From positions 13,137-77,136 of the forward strand of contig NEXD01000002.1 of NCBI GenBank assembly GCA_003019595.1: a DNA stretch of 64,000 nt, given 5' to 3'. Shown piece after piece: positions 49,696 through 58,969 of the stretch; position 1 is the first letter of the stretch; each line of letters starts with the position of its first letter. The position numbers were made by a program, and so were the translations under genes. The notes beneath the pieces were generated by a model. The model was not told the DNA's origin and ran no database searches. It worked only from the letters and a program-made list of their open reading frames with translations. Origin of the DNA: Candidatus Marsarchaeota G1 archaeon BE_D (lineage in GTDB: Archaea > Thermoproteota > Thermoprotei_A > Marsarchaeales > Marsarchaeaceae).

Positions 49696-51147
49696 ATGTA
49701 CAATCCCTTTACAACTAAGGTCATCAAAGACGGCATACGCTGGCTTGCCTTCAAAACTTTTACCATAAAAAAACTACAAAAAGAGATAAATATCGAGCTT
49801 GTCTCAAGACTCAATTACGAACTAATTAATAGTTCCGTAAATTTTGTAATCGTGGGATTTGCAAAGGCAGGTTTGCCTCTTTTTGGAAGAACTGTGGCTT
49901 CCTATCTTATACTTTACGAATGGGGTTTTAAAAAGAAAGACGCGCTCAACAGGTTAAAAAAAAGTTGTGAAAGAGTCAAATCTCTTGCAAGAATGGTTGG
50001 ATTTGACATAGATGAATCCACAAAACACGATCTAAACACATTTGATTTGATTTCAATGTTTTTGACAAAGCTAGATGATTTTCCAAGGCTTGATTTAAAT
50101 CCATCACAAAGTGGACAAATCAAGATTGGTAAAACGCTTACAGGCGAAGAAGTTAGTCTAGCTTTAGAAGACTTCTTTAAGCATTTTGCCGTTTTAGGAG
50201 AAACTGGCTCAGGAAAATCAACTTTCGTTTCCAAAATCGTTAAAAATTGGAGCGAGTTAGATCAGCACTATTTAATTTTTGACTGGCACGGCGAATACAT
50301 GAAGTTACTGAACGACAATTCGGCTTTGCTTGTTACACCAGAGCAAGATTTTGGATTCGATATCTTTGAATATCCAACTACTGCTGATCCGTTTGAACAC
50401 ATCGATTTACTTATGGAGGTCTTTTCTGAAAGTTTCGATTTGAGCGTCTCTCAACAATACGTTTTACGAATAGCATTAAAAAAGGCTTATACAGAAAAAG
50501 GACATGGCATGTCAAATCATACAAAACCTGTGACTGTTGATGATGTAATTAAGGCAATAAACGAAATCAGAACTTATTCTGGATGGGAACAAGAATCTAA
50601 ACTTGCTGTATTAAGAAGAGTTTCAAAAATAGCGGATACTGGTCTAAAGAATCTTTTAAATGCCTCACAAAAGGTTGGTTTTGACAATCTTACTAAAGAA
50701 AATATAATAATAGATTTAGGAAAACTTTCTGATGATTACGCCAAAATTTTTGTTATTGAAGCAATTGTCAGAATTCTTTATAATTACAGATTGGCAAGAA
50801 AAATAACGGAACCTCATCTTTTAGTTATTGAGGAAGCAAGAAACGTCGTTCCATTTAGAAGACAAGAGGAACCTCCAAGGATGATGGAGCGATTAGTAGA
50901 AGAACTTAGAAAGTTTAACGAGTCAGTGATGGTAGTCAACCAGCTTCCGTCGACTATCTCGCAAGAACTACTTTCTGCTGTAGGTAATATAGCAGTTTTC
51001 AGGTTAAAAGCCGATATTGAGCAGGATATTTTAGTCAAGCGGTGCGGCTTTGAAAAAGAGATTTTAAAGACTCTTTCGAATTTATCTATCGGACAAGCCA
51101 TTTTCCGAGGACATAATGGATTATGTAAAATTATAGAATACAGATGA
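49696..51147 (+). CDS. HerA/VirB4-like ATPase
   Basis: KHFAVLGETGSGKS, FDWHGEY, LVIEEA, ELRKF, NQLPS. Confidence 0.9.
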   Translation: MYNPFTTKVIKDGIRWLAFKTFTIKKLQKEINIELVSRLNYELINSSVNFVIVGFAKAGLPLFGRTVASYLILYEWGFKKKDALNRLKKSCERVKSLARMVGFDIDESTKHDLNTFDLISMFLTKLDDFPRLDLNPSQSGQIKIGKTLTGEEVSLALEDFFKHFAVLGETGSGKSTFVSKIVKNWSELDQHYLIFDWHGEYMKLLNDNSALLVTPEQDFGFDIFEYPTTADPFEHIDLLMEVFSESFDLSVSQQYVLRIALKKAYTEKGHGMSNHTKPVTVDDVIKAINEIRTYSGWEQESKLAVLRRVSKIADTGLKNLLNASQKVGFDNLTKENIIIDLGKLSDDYAKIFVIEAIVRILYNYRLARKITEPHLLVIEEARNVVPFRRQEEPPRMMERLVEELRKFNESVMVVNQLPSTISQELLSAVGNIAVFRLKADIEQDILVKRCGFEKEILKTLSNLSIGQAIFRGHNGLCKIIEYR

Positions 51148-51180
51148 AAGCTTAATTACCACGAAAACAAAAAATAATTT

Positions 51181-51642
51181 ATGAGTACCGAAATAGCCGA
51201 AGGAATGGAAGCTCCAGATTTTGAATTAAAAGACCAGAAAGGAAATGTTATTTCACTAAAAAATTTTCGTGGCAAAAAAGTTGTGTTATACTTTTATCCA
51301 AAAGATGACACACCAGGATGTACGAAAGAAGCATGCTCTTTTCGTGATAACATGGACAAAATTATTGAAAAAGGGGCTATAGTGATAGGTATCAGCAATG
51401 ACGATCTAAAAAGCCATGAAAAATTTTCTAAAAAATACAATTTGAATTTTTCTTTATTGAGCGATGTCGACAGAAGGGTTTCGATAAAGTATGGGGTGTA
51501 CAAAAAGAAGAACCTTTATGGAAAGATTGTTTGGGGAATTGAACGGTCAACTTTCATCATTGATGAACAAGGTAAGATAAAAAAGATTTTTAGAAAAGTA
51601 AATGTTGAAGGTCATGTTGATGAAGTATTAAAACATTTATAA
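51181..51642 (+). CDS. bcp: peroxiredoxin Bcp
   Basis: FYPKDDTPGCTKEACSFRD. Confidence 0.97.
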   Translation: MSTEIAEGMEAPDFELKDQKGNVISLKNFRGKKVVLYFYPKDDTPGCTKEACSFRDNMDKIIEKGAIVIGISNDDLKSHEKFSKKYNLNFSLLSDVDRRVSIKYGVYKKKNLYGKIVWGIERSTFIIDEQGKIKKIFRKVNVEGHVDEVLKHL

Positions 51643-51654
51643 TTTTATACAAGG

Positions 51655-51729
51655 TGGGTCAGGCCGGATTTGAACCGGCGATCTCCACCGTGTAAGGGTG
51701 GCGTCCTAACCAGACTAGACGACTGACCC
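51655..51729 (-). tRNA. tRNA-Val(UAC)
   Basis: Acceptor GGGUCAG/CUGACCC, anticodon loop CUUACAC. Confidence 0.97.
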
Positions 51730-51748
51730 ATTTAGAATCTTTGTTGGC

Positions 51749-52042
51749 CTACTTATATCTTTTAATCAAACTTTCATAACCACATACAAAGCATTTCCAA
51801 ACAACAAAACCGGATGTCAGCCTGACGCGCACATTTTTACCTGGAATTCTGATGTTTTTACACTTTTCACAAAGAAGAAGCCTTAAAAGCTTTGGGACTT
51901 TAAGATCATGCTTTAAACAGATTTTCCATGCTAACTCTATTGAATTTTGAGACAAAGTGATGCATTGGTCGTATTGCTGAATTGCGATTTTAATAAGTCT
52001 TTGAACTTCATCCTCGTAACATTTTTTGCTCAATCTGTTCAT
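51749..52042 (-). CDS. rnp4: RNase P protein Rpp21
   Basis: CEKC...IPGKNVRVR...CFVCG zinc ribbon. Confidence 0.88.
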   Translation of the reverse strand: MNRLSKKCYEDEVQRLIKIAIQQYDQCITLSQNSIELAWKICLKHDLKVPKLLRLLLCEKCKNIRIPGKNVRVRLTSGFVVWKCFVCGYESLIKRYK

Positions 52043-53304
52043 AAAAATCTTCCTATTAAGTGCTCTGGTGTGTAATCGTCTATACGCACAATAACTTCTT
52101 TTCCAAGAAGTGCTGGTCGATCAGGCAAATATACTTTTAGATAATTGTCCAGTCTACCTTCGAGTCTTACGTTAGGTATACGATTTGTAATTAAAACAGA
52201 CAACTCTTTACCGGCGTAAAAGGAATGTTTTTCTAGTTGAACTTTTTTAATCACTTGTGAAGCAATTTCACTTCTTTTCTTTTTTAGATTTTCATCTAAC
52301 TGTTTTAATAAAGCGGCTTTTGTGTGAGGACGTGGTGTGAATCTAAACATGTGAATTTTATCAAACACTCCGCTTTCGATAAGTTTTAAAGATTTTTCAA
52401 AAGCTTCTTGAGTTTCTGTAGGATACCCAACCATAATATCAGTGGCTACCATAAGATTTGGAATTTCTTGTTTTAACTCAATGATTTTTTGTACGACGAC
52501 TAGTGGATCATAATTTCTATTCATATCTTTTACGACATTTATGTCACCTGACTGAATTGGAATATGGAGAAACTTGAACACTTTTTTGAACATAAGTGCT
52601 CTTTTTAAATCGAAAAATAATTTTAATGCTCCTTGAGGATTCATCATCCCTACTCTGATCTTGTAATTGCCTTCTACCTCATTAACAATCTTTTCTATTA
52701 ACTGAGGAAGTCTTGTGGCTGGAGGGTCGAAATAATCGGCACTATCCATAGAAGTAAGATCTATTTCCACAGACCCTGAAAGAACAGCAGATCTAACAGC
52801 ATTAACTATCTCGCTCGATGGTCTACACCATAATTTTGGTCGTGCCAATTTGGTCAGGCAAAAATAGCAGTTACTTGTACACCCTTGTGAAATCTTTAGT
52901 GGATAAATAAGAGAAGTAGGTTGCGCAGGCTTTAAAGTGGTTTTACCATACAAAACAGAACCTTGTTTTGCCCGTAAGGCATCTACGATTTCGGCGTTAT
53001 CGCCCCCAATTAAAATAACGGCATTAGGTAAATCGTTAATTAGTCTACCTGGTCTTGAATTGGCCAAGCAACTAGTAATAACAACCTTTTTCCCTTGGTT
53101 CAAAATCTTTTTTGTCTCGGAAATTATACTATCTTCTGTTTCATTTCTTACAGCACAAGAAAAGACAACCACCGTATCTGCATCGTCGATTTGTTCGACA
53201 ACTTTAAAACCATTTGATTTTAAAAAAGATTCTACGCTGAGCGCATCTGCTTGATTTAAAGTGCAACCATATACCTTAAAGGCTATACGGGTGTCTTTAA
53301 ACAA
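52039..53304 (-). CDS. tRNA methylthiotransferase (MtaB/MiaB family radical SAM)
   Basis: YGCTLN UPF0004 domain, CTSNCYFC, TRAM C-terminus. Confidence 0.92.
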   Translation of the reverse strand: MFKDTRIAFKVYGCTLNQADALSVESFLKSNGFKVVEQIDDADTVVVFSCAVRNETEDSIISETKKILNQGKKVVITSCLANSRPGRLINDLPNAVILIGGDNAEIVDALRAKQGSVLYGKTTLKPAQPTSLIYPLKISQGCTSNCYFCLTKLARPKLWCRPSSEIVNAVRSAVLSGSVEIDLTSMDSADYFDPPATRLPQLIEKIVNEVEGNYKIRVGMMNPQGALKLFFDLKRALMFKKVFKFLHIPIQSGDINVVKDMNRNYDPLVVVQKIIELKQEIPNLMVATDIMVGYPTETQEAFEKSLKLIESGVFDKIHMFRFTPRPHTKAALLKQLDENLKKKRSEIASQVIKKVQLEKHSFYAGKELSVLITNRIPNVRLEGRLDNYLKVYLPDRPALLGKEVIVRIDDYTPEHLIGRFL

Positions 53305-53315
53305 GGCGCATCACA

Positions 53316-55298
53316 TCAGTGGACTGGTGAGCCGTCTGCTATATCACGCATAACAGTCAGTAGTGATACAGAACCGTTATCCTCTGCGGCTAATAACATC
53401 GCTTCAGATTTTACACCCATAAACTCTGCAGGTTGAAGATTGTTCAAAACAACGATCTTTTTTCCAATAAGGCTTTGTGGTTCGTATTGGTCCGCTATTC
53501 CTGAGACGATCGTTTTAATTTCGTTACCTATTTTCACTGTTAATTTTAAAAGCTTCTTGCTATTTGGTATCTTAGAAGCTTCAAGAACTTGGGCTACTCG
53601 AATGTCCAGTTTTTGAAAATCTTGTAGCGTAACTTGCGTCTTTTGGGTTTCTACTGGAAGTAACGTTTTGATAGTTTTGTCATCAATCTTTTGAAAGACA
53701 GGCTTAGGCTCTAGTATTTTAGTTCCTTCTAGAGTAGTCTTTAATTCTTCAAATGGCCTTTGTGGAAGAGAAGTTTGACCTGTCAATAATTGCCACACCG
53801 ACCGCGAAAATCCTGGAAGATATGGAGTTGAAAGTAGCGCCAAAGCTTTTACTAGCTGTGCACAAACGAATAGCACAGTTTTTGCTCTCTCTAAATCTTT
53901 TTGGACAAGCTCCCAAGGTGCGTTTTTTGTTAGATATTTATTGCCATTACGTGCTAACGATATTAACGCGTCAAGACCAGCCCTGTATTCAAACGAATCT
54001 ATAGATGATATTACCTTCTCTTTAACTTGTTCAATTTGATTAATAAGGGCTTTGTCATCATCACTAAGATTTGATGGTGTTGGTATTTCTCCATTAAACT
54101 TTGTATAAATGAAGTGCAGTGTCCTATGTACAAAATTGCCCAAAGAATCAACAAGGTCGCCATTCACTCTTTTTTGGAAATCTTCTAATTTAAAGTCCAA
54201 ATCTTCTTCTAAAGGAGCTGCAATAATTAAGTAATATCTAAGATAATCATTATTCAACACTTTAACAAAATCTTGTGCCTTTATCATCCATCCACTACTC
54301 TTTGCCATCTTTTTTCCTGAAAGATTGAGTAAGCCAGCTGCCACAATGTTGGTTGGTAGATTTAAACCCACTCCTAACAACATAGAAGGCCAAAACAAAC
54401 CATGGTGGTAAATGATGTTTCTTCCTATAAAATGAACTATCTTGGAATCTTTGTTTTGCCAAAAATCCTTCCAACTGCAACCGTTTTTATCACAATATTC
54501 CTTAAGAAAGCTTACATAACCTATAGGCGCGTCAAACCATACATAGAAAACCTTGCCTTTTGCTTCTTGTAAAGGCACAGGTACCCCCCATTCTAAGTCT
54601 CGTGTTATTCCAAAACTTTCCAATGGTTTTGAAAGAAACTGTGTCAAAAGATATTTTTTTCCGTATAACGGGAAAAGGTTTTCAGAATTTTCTATCCAAG
54701 CTTGTAATTCTTTATGAAATTTTTCTAAATCAAAATACCAGTTTTCAGTCTCCCTTATAGTAGTAGGCTTTCCGCAAATTGCACACACTGGATTCAAAAG
54801 ATCACCTTGGGCAAGAACACGACCACAATTGTCACATTCGTCTCCTTTGGCATCTGGATATCCACAGTATTTACATGTTCCTCTAACATATCTATCTGGC
54901 AAAAATCTTTTATCATATTCACAATATGGTTGTTGGGTCTTCTTAGTTGTGATAAAACCTTTCTTTAAAAGTTCTAAAAAGAACCACTGAACTAATTCTT
55001 CGTGTTCTTTGCTAGTTGTACGCCCAAAATAATCAAAAGATATTTCTGTGTCTTTGAAAACCTTTTTGTCTAATTCATAGTATTTTGTCGTAATTTCAAT
55101 TGGTGAAACGCCTTCCTTTATTGCTCTTAACGAAATAGGCGTTCCGTGCTCGTCAGTACCGCATATGAATACCACATCGTCACCCAATGCTCTGTGAAGC
55201 CTAGCATAAACATCTGCTATTATATATGTGCTTCTAAAGTGGCCTATGTGTAGCTCATTGTTAGCATAAGGTAAAGCAGCTGTTACCAAGATTTTCAT
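53316..55298 (-). CDS. metG: methionyl-tRNA synthetase with C-terminal tRNA-binding domain
   Basis: LPYAN..HIGH, DEHG, YVWFDA, KMAKS. Confidence 0.98.
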   Translation of the reverse strand: MKILVTAALPYANNELHIGHFRSTYIIADVYARLHRALGDDVVFICGTDEHGTPISLRAIKEGVSPIEITTKYYELDKKVFKDTEISFDYFGRTTSKEHEELVQWFFLELLKKGFITTKKTQQPYCEYDKRFLPDRYVRGTCKYCGYPDAKGDECDNCGRVLAQGDLLNPVCAICGKPTTIRETENWYFDLEKFHKELQAWIENSENLFPLYGKKYLLTQFLSKPLESFGITRDLEWGVPVPLQEAKGKVFYVWFDAPIGYVSFLKEYCDKNGCSWKDFWQNKDSKIVHFIGRNIIYHHGLFWPSMLLGVGLNLPTNIVAAGLLNLSGKKMAKSSGWMIKAQDFVKVLNNDYLRYYLIIAAPLEEDLDFKLEDFQKRVNGDLVDSLGNFVHRTLHFIYTKFNGEIPTPSNLSDDDKALINQIEQVKEKVISSIDSFEYRAGLDALISLARNGNKYLTKNAPWELVQKDLERAKTVLFVCAQLVKALALLSTPYLPGFSRSVWQLLTGQTSLPQRPFEELKTTLEGTKILEPKPVFQKIDDKTIKTLLPVETQKTQVTLQDFQKLDIRVAQVLEASKIPNSKKLLKLTVKIGNEIKTIVSGIADQYEPQSLIGKKIVVLNNLQPAEFMGVKSEAMLLAAEDNGSVSLLTVMRDIADGSPVH

Positions 55299-55480
55299 AT
55301 TAATTCCCTAACTACAGATAAGTGAACAACAAAGTTATAAGCGTACACGCTTTTCTACACAATTTGCGGAAAGCCTACTATATAATAGTTTCGATTTCTT
55401 TGTTTCGAATTATACTAAAAAGCATTGGAAAAATGTAACGCAATATATGAGGAGAATATTTTCAACGTTGGTGATATCTT

Positions 55481-55867
55481 TTGTGTTTTAATATTTTGCA
55501 TTGTATGTCTTGGAATATCTTTGAAAAATTAAAAACGGTCTTTATGAAAGTGACGCAAATACTAGTTAAACTATTTAAGAAAACCAACAAAAGCACCTCG
55601 TTAACACCAGTAAGCAATGTTATTGCAACCCCAACGGCCCATTATGAAGGCGTACAAACGGCAACTATTATTGCGATACCAACAAATATTGCAAAAGCCG
55701 TTGTAAACTGCTGTTTAAAAAATAGAATAGATTTGGCCGAAGCCATTTTTCGTGGCTTCGGTTATGGAAATACCAAGATAGTTGTCACCGAAAAAGAAAT
55801 TATAGCTGAGACTTCAAGTGGGATCGTTTTGCTTGATCCTTCTAAATATCGCTTGTCAGAGCTCTAA
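55481..55867 (+). CDS. hypothetical protein; start uncertain
   Basis: 128-aa ORF filling the gap between metG and the next gene; no motif recognised. Confidence 0.55.
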   Translation: MCFNILHCMSWNIFEKLKTVFMKVTQILVKLFKKTNKSTSLTPVSNVIATPTAHYEGVQTATIIAIPTNIAKAVVNCCLKNRIDLAEAIFRGFGYGNTKIVVTEKEIIAETSSGIVLLDPSKYRLSEL

Positions 55868-56545
55868 AAACTCTCCTGGCTTTAATATTATACATTTTGC
55901 CTTTGTCTTAGTTTCCACATTTTTCTTAAACTCCATAGCATCTGCTTTTATTATGGGAAATGTGTTGTAATGCATCGGTATGACAATTTTTGGTTGAAGA
56001 TATTCCACAGCATAAATAGCGTCGTGTGAATCCATTGTGTAAAATCCCCCAATGGGAAGAAGGGCTACATCCAAATTGTTTCTCTCACCAATAAGTTTCA
56101 TATCATAGAAAACGTCTGTGTCACCCGCGTGATATATGTTTTTTCCGCCCATTTTTATTACGAAACCGCAAGGATTGCCTGCTACGTTTAAACTTTCACC
56201 ATAACTAGAGCTATGAACTGCCCAAGTTATTTTCACTTTGGCAAACCCAAAATCATATGTCCCTCCGTGGTTTCCTCCAACCGCTTTTGCCCCATCCTTC
56301 TCTAATCTCACTGATAGTTCATAAGTTGTGAAAATTGGCGTTCCAAGTTTTTTTGACAGAAAAAGTGCATCGCCCAAATGATCCGAGTGACCGTGGGTCA
56401 CGAGAATTAAATCGGCTTTGATCGAATCGCTCTTTTCCGCTGCTACTGGATTGCCTGTAAGAAATGGATCGATTATTATGGTTTTGCTTTGATCTTCTAG
56501 GGTAAAACATGCATGACCCAAATACCTAATTTTCACCATAAACAC
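55856..56545 (-). CDS. UPF0173 metallo-beta-lactamase fold hydrolase
   Basis: LGHACF, THGHSDH, HAGDT, PMHYNTF. Confidence 0.93.
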   Translation of the reverse strand: MFMVKIRYLGHACFTLEDQSKTIIIDPFLTGNPVAAEKSDSIKADLILVTHGHSDHLGDALFLSKKLGTPIFTTYELSVRLEKDGAKAVGGNHGGTYDFGFAKVKITWAVHSSSYGESLNVAGNPCGFVIKMGGKNIYHAGDTDVFYDMKLIGERNNLDVALLPIGGFYTMDSHDAIYAVEYLQPKIVIPMHYNTFPIIKADAMEFKKNVETKTKAKCIILKPGEFLEL

Positions 56546-56865
56546 ACAATTTTTTAACGTAGCTTTAAGGCTTCTGATAACAAACGGATTATAAAAACAG
56601 AATTTTATTACTAAGACAATTCATATTAGTTATTAAATATGTCGTTCGCTTGATTAGCATCTAAGTATGGAAACATCGTCGCTATTGTGCGCAAAAATAC
56701 ATACGAGGCATTTACAAATCAATGTGCGGACTATTGGACAGAGCGTATTTTTAAATTACAGTAACATCTCCTGCGCTAAGGCTTTACTGTGCACCAACGA
56801 TAATAAAGTGCTGTGCAAAATGAGCTTCTCAAATCCACGTGTACGCACTTTGTACTGTTAAAAAG

Positions 56866-56966
56866 TGCGGGGAGTGGGATTTGAACCCACGCAGGCCTTC
56901 GCCGGCAGATCACTCATTGTTTTGATCTTGAGTCTGCTCCCTTTGACCAGGCTCGGGCATCCCCGC
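56866..56966 (-). tRNA. tRNA-Leu(CAA) with 16-nt intron at 37/38 (56911-56926)
   Basis: Acceptor GCGGGGA/UCCCCGC; GCAGA-CUCA-AG^A...UGAG-UG^A-UCUGC relaxed BHB; long variable arm. Confidence 0.95.
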
Positions 56967-58229
56967 TTTACTCTTGTTTTTTATGTTCCCGCCTAAAATT
57001 TTTACTGTTTGCACCTCTATTAATTTTTCTTGATCTTCTTTCTTAAGTTGTGAAAGTAAATCGGATAGCATTATACCTTTTACATTTCTGCCTTTTCTAT
57101 CCCTTACGGCCACAGTATTAGTGGTTTCCTCTTCAGATCCAACCACAATCATATACGGAATACCAGACAATACCGCATTTCTAATACGCTTAGGAAGAGT
57201 TAAAGAGTTGTTGTCTAAATCGGCCCTAAAACCACTTTTTCTTATTTCTTGATAAATTATCTTTGCATATTCTGAATATTTTTCTGACACTGGAATTACC
57301 CTTACTTGTTTGGGCGCTAGCCATAGCGGCAAATTTCCTTTATAATGTTCTAAAAGAATTCCTATGAATCTTTCTAATGATCCAACCAAAGCTCTGTGAA
57401 TGATTAACGGAGGCTTTTCTTTACCATCACGATCTGTGTATTTTAATCCCAATCTTTCTCCTAAATTAAAATCCAATTGAATTGTAGACAATTGCCACTG
57501 TCTGCCAAGAGAATCTTTCGCATGCACATCAATTTTTGGTCCATAAAAAGCTCCTTCTCCTTCTGCAATTTGGTAATTTAATCCAGCCTTAGAAGCAACT
57601 TCTATGAGCGTTTTTGTAGCAATTTCCCACATTTTTGGATCACCTATTGCATCTGCTGGCTTAGTAGAAATATTCACTGAAAGATCTTTTAAACCAAAAG
57701 TTTCCAAAACTGTAATAGCAGCCAAAAGGATATTTCGTAAAACGCTTTCAACCTGATCGTTTGCAAGAAAAACATGTCCATCATCTTGAGTTATTGATCT
57801 TACACGTAACAATCCTGTGAGCTCCCCTTCTTGTTCGTTTCTGTAAACTGTAGCAAATTCCGAATACATTATAGGTAAATCTTTGTAACTACGAGGTTTA
57901 GAAGAAAATATTAGTGCGTGCGCAGGACAATTCATAGGTTTTAAACCATATTCATGTTCGCCTATTTTAAACAAAAACATTCGGGTTTTATACGAAGAAT
58001 AGTGACCAGATTTTTTCCATAAATCCGCATTAAACAAATGCGGTGTCCAGACCTCTTCAAACCCTAATTTCTGATTCACTTCTCTTAGATAGTCAATTAT
58101 AATATTTCTTAAAACTGTACCGTCAGGATGAAAAACTGGAAGGCCAGAGCCTGCTTCTTCATGAAACGAAAATAAATCTCTTTCTCTTCCTAGTTGTAGA
58201 TGACTTTTGTTACCTGACATGTTTGTCAT
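56910..58229 (-). CDS. thrS: threonyl-tRNA synthetase, catalytic and anticodon-binding domains only
   Basis: KPMNCP, GLLRVR, AFYGPKID, IHRA..GSLER; no N-terminal editing domain. Confidence 0.95.
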   Translation of the reverse strand: MTNMSGNKSHLQLGRERDLFSFHEEAGSGLPVFHPDGTVLRNIIIDYLREVNQKLGFEEVWTPHLFNADLWKKSGHYSSYKTRMFLFKIGEHEYGLKPMNCPAHALIFSSKPRSYKDLPIMYSEFATVYRNEQEGELTGLLRVRSITQDDGHVFLANDQVESVLRNILLAAITVLETFGLKDLSVNISTKPADAIGDPKMWEIATKTLIEVASKAGLNYQIAEGEGAFYGPKIDVHAKDSLGRQWQLSTIQLDFNLGERLGLKYTDRDGKEKPPLIIHRALVGSLERFIGILLEHYKGNLPLWLAPKQVRVIPVSEKYSEYAKIIYQEIRKSGFRADLDNNSLTLPKRIRNAVLSGIPYMIVVGSEEETTNTVAVRDRKGRNVKGIMLSDLLSQLKKEDQEKLIEVQTVKILGGNIKNKSKAGMPEPGQREQTQDQNNE

Positions 58230-58240
58230 AATTGCTTTAC

Positions 58241-58912
58241 CTACTCATAAATTATAGTTGTTCCACGCGCCTTAAAAAGCGCTGCCTCAATTATGATATT
58301 TTCGTGCCGACCGTTTGTTATTATTGTAGGAATTTTACTTCTTCTTAGCACTTTTATCAGAACATCGTCTACTAAATCATAAGTTCCTGCAAAAGCGGGT
58401 TTTTGTGACACAATCTTTGCTAATTCATCGATGTGTACTTGTGGTAAAAATTCTGAGGAAGAAATAGCAGGATTTTCTGTATACACACCATCAACATTAG
58501 TAAGAATAATCAGCCTATCTGCATTAACCCTTTCTGCAAGTATTGCGGCAACTGCCGTTGTAGATTGTCCAGGCGTTAGCCCACCCATTACAACTACATT
58601 AGAGTTGACCCACCCCGAATCAAACTCTTGCATGGTTGTGGGAATTAATGGGTATGCTAACTGTGGCAAACACTGAATTAGAACGTATGCATTGAGCCTT
58701 GAAACCATAATTCCTATCTCATCTAAAGCAGCCTCATTTGAGCCGAGTGTCCTTAAAAGCTCTATCCATCTTCTAGCCTGATTTCCTCCTCCTACGACCA
58801 CTGCGATTCTATGTCCTGCTTCAACCAAACTTTTAATTTGTGTGGCGTACTTTGAGAAACTGGCTTCTCCTTCATCAAGCAAATGTCCACCGATTTTTAC
58901 CACAAACCGCAT
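58241..58912 (-). CDS. pyrH: uridylate kinase
   Basis: KIGG, VVGGG, PGQST, NVDGVY. Confidence 0.95.
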   Translation of the reverse strand: MRFVVKIGGHLLDEGEASFSKYATQIKSLVEAGHRIAVVVGGGNQARRWIELLRTLGSNEAALDEIGIMVSRLNAYVLIQCLPQLAYPLIPTTMQEFDSGWVNSNVVVMGGLTPGQSTTAVAAILAERVNADRLIILTNVDGVYTENPAISSSEFLPQVHIDELAKIVSQKPAFAGTYDLVDDVLIKVLRRSKIPTIITNGRHENIIIEAALFKARGTTIIYE

Positions 58913-58969
58913 GACTCATTCTTTTTAATCTCACTGCTTATATTTGATAAGGCTAACTATTATAATGAG

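Noticed and set aside
56667..56861. 64-aa ORF or integrated element next to the tRNA-Leu 3' end
   Set aside because: No RBS, motif, integrase or att duplication seen
58883..58969. N-terminal extension of aRF1 overlapping pyrH
   Set aside because: Not aRF1-like; this is the divergent promoter region, and the ATG at 58970 fits better
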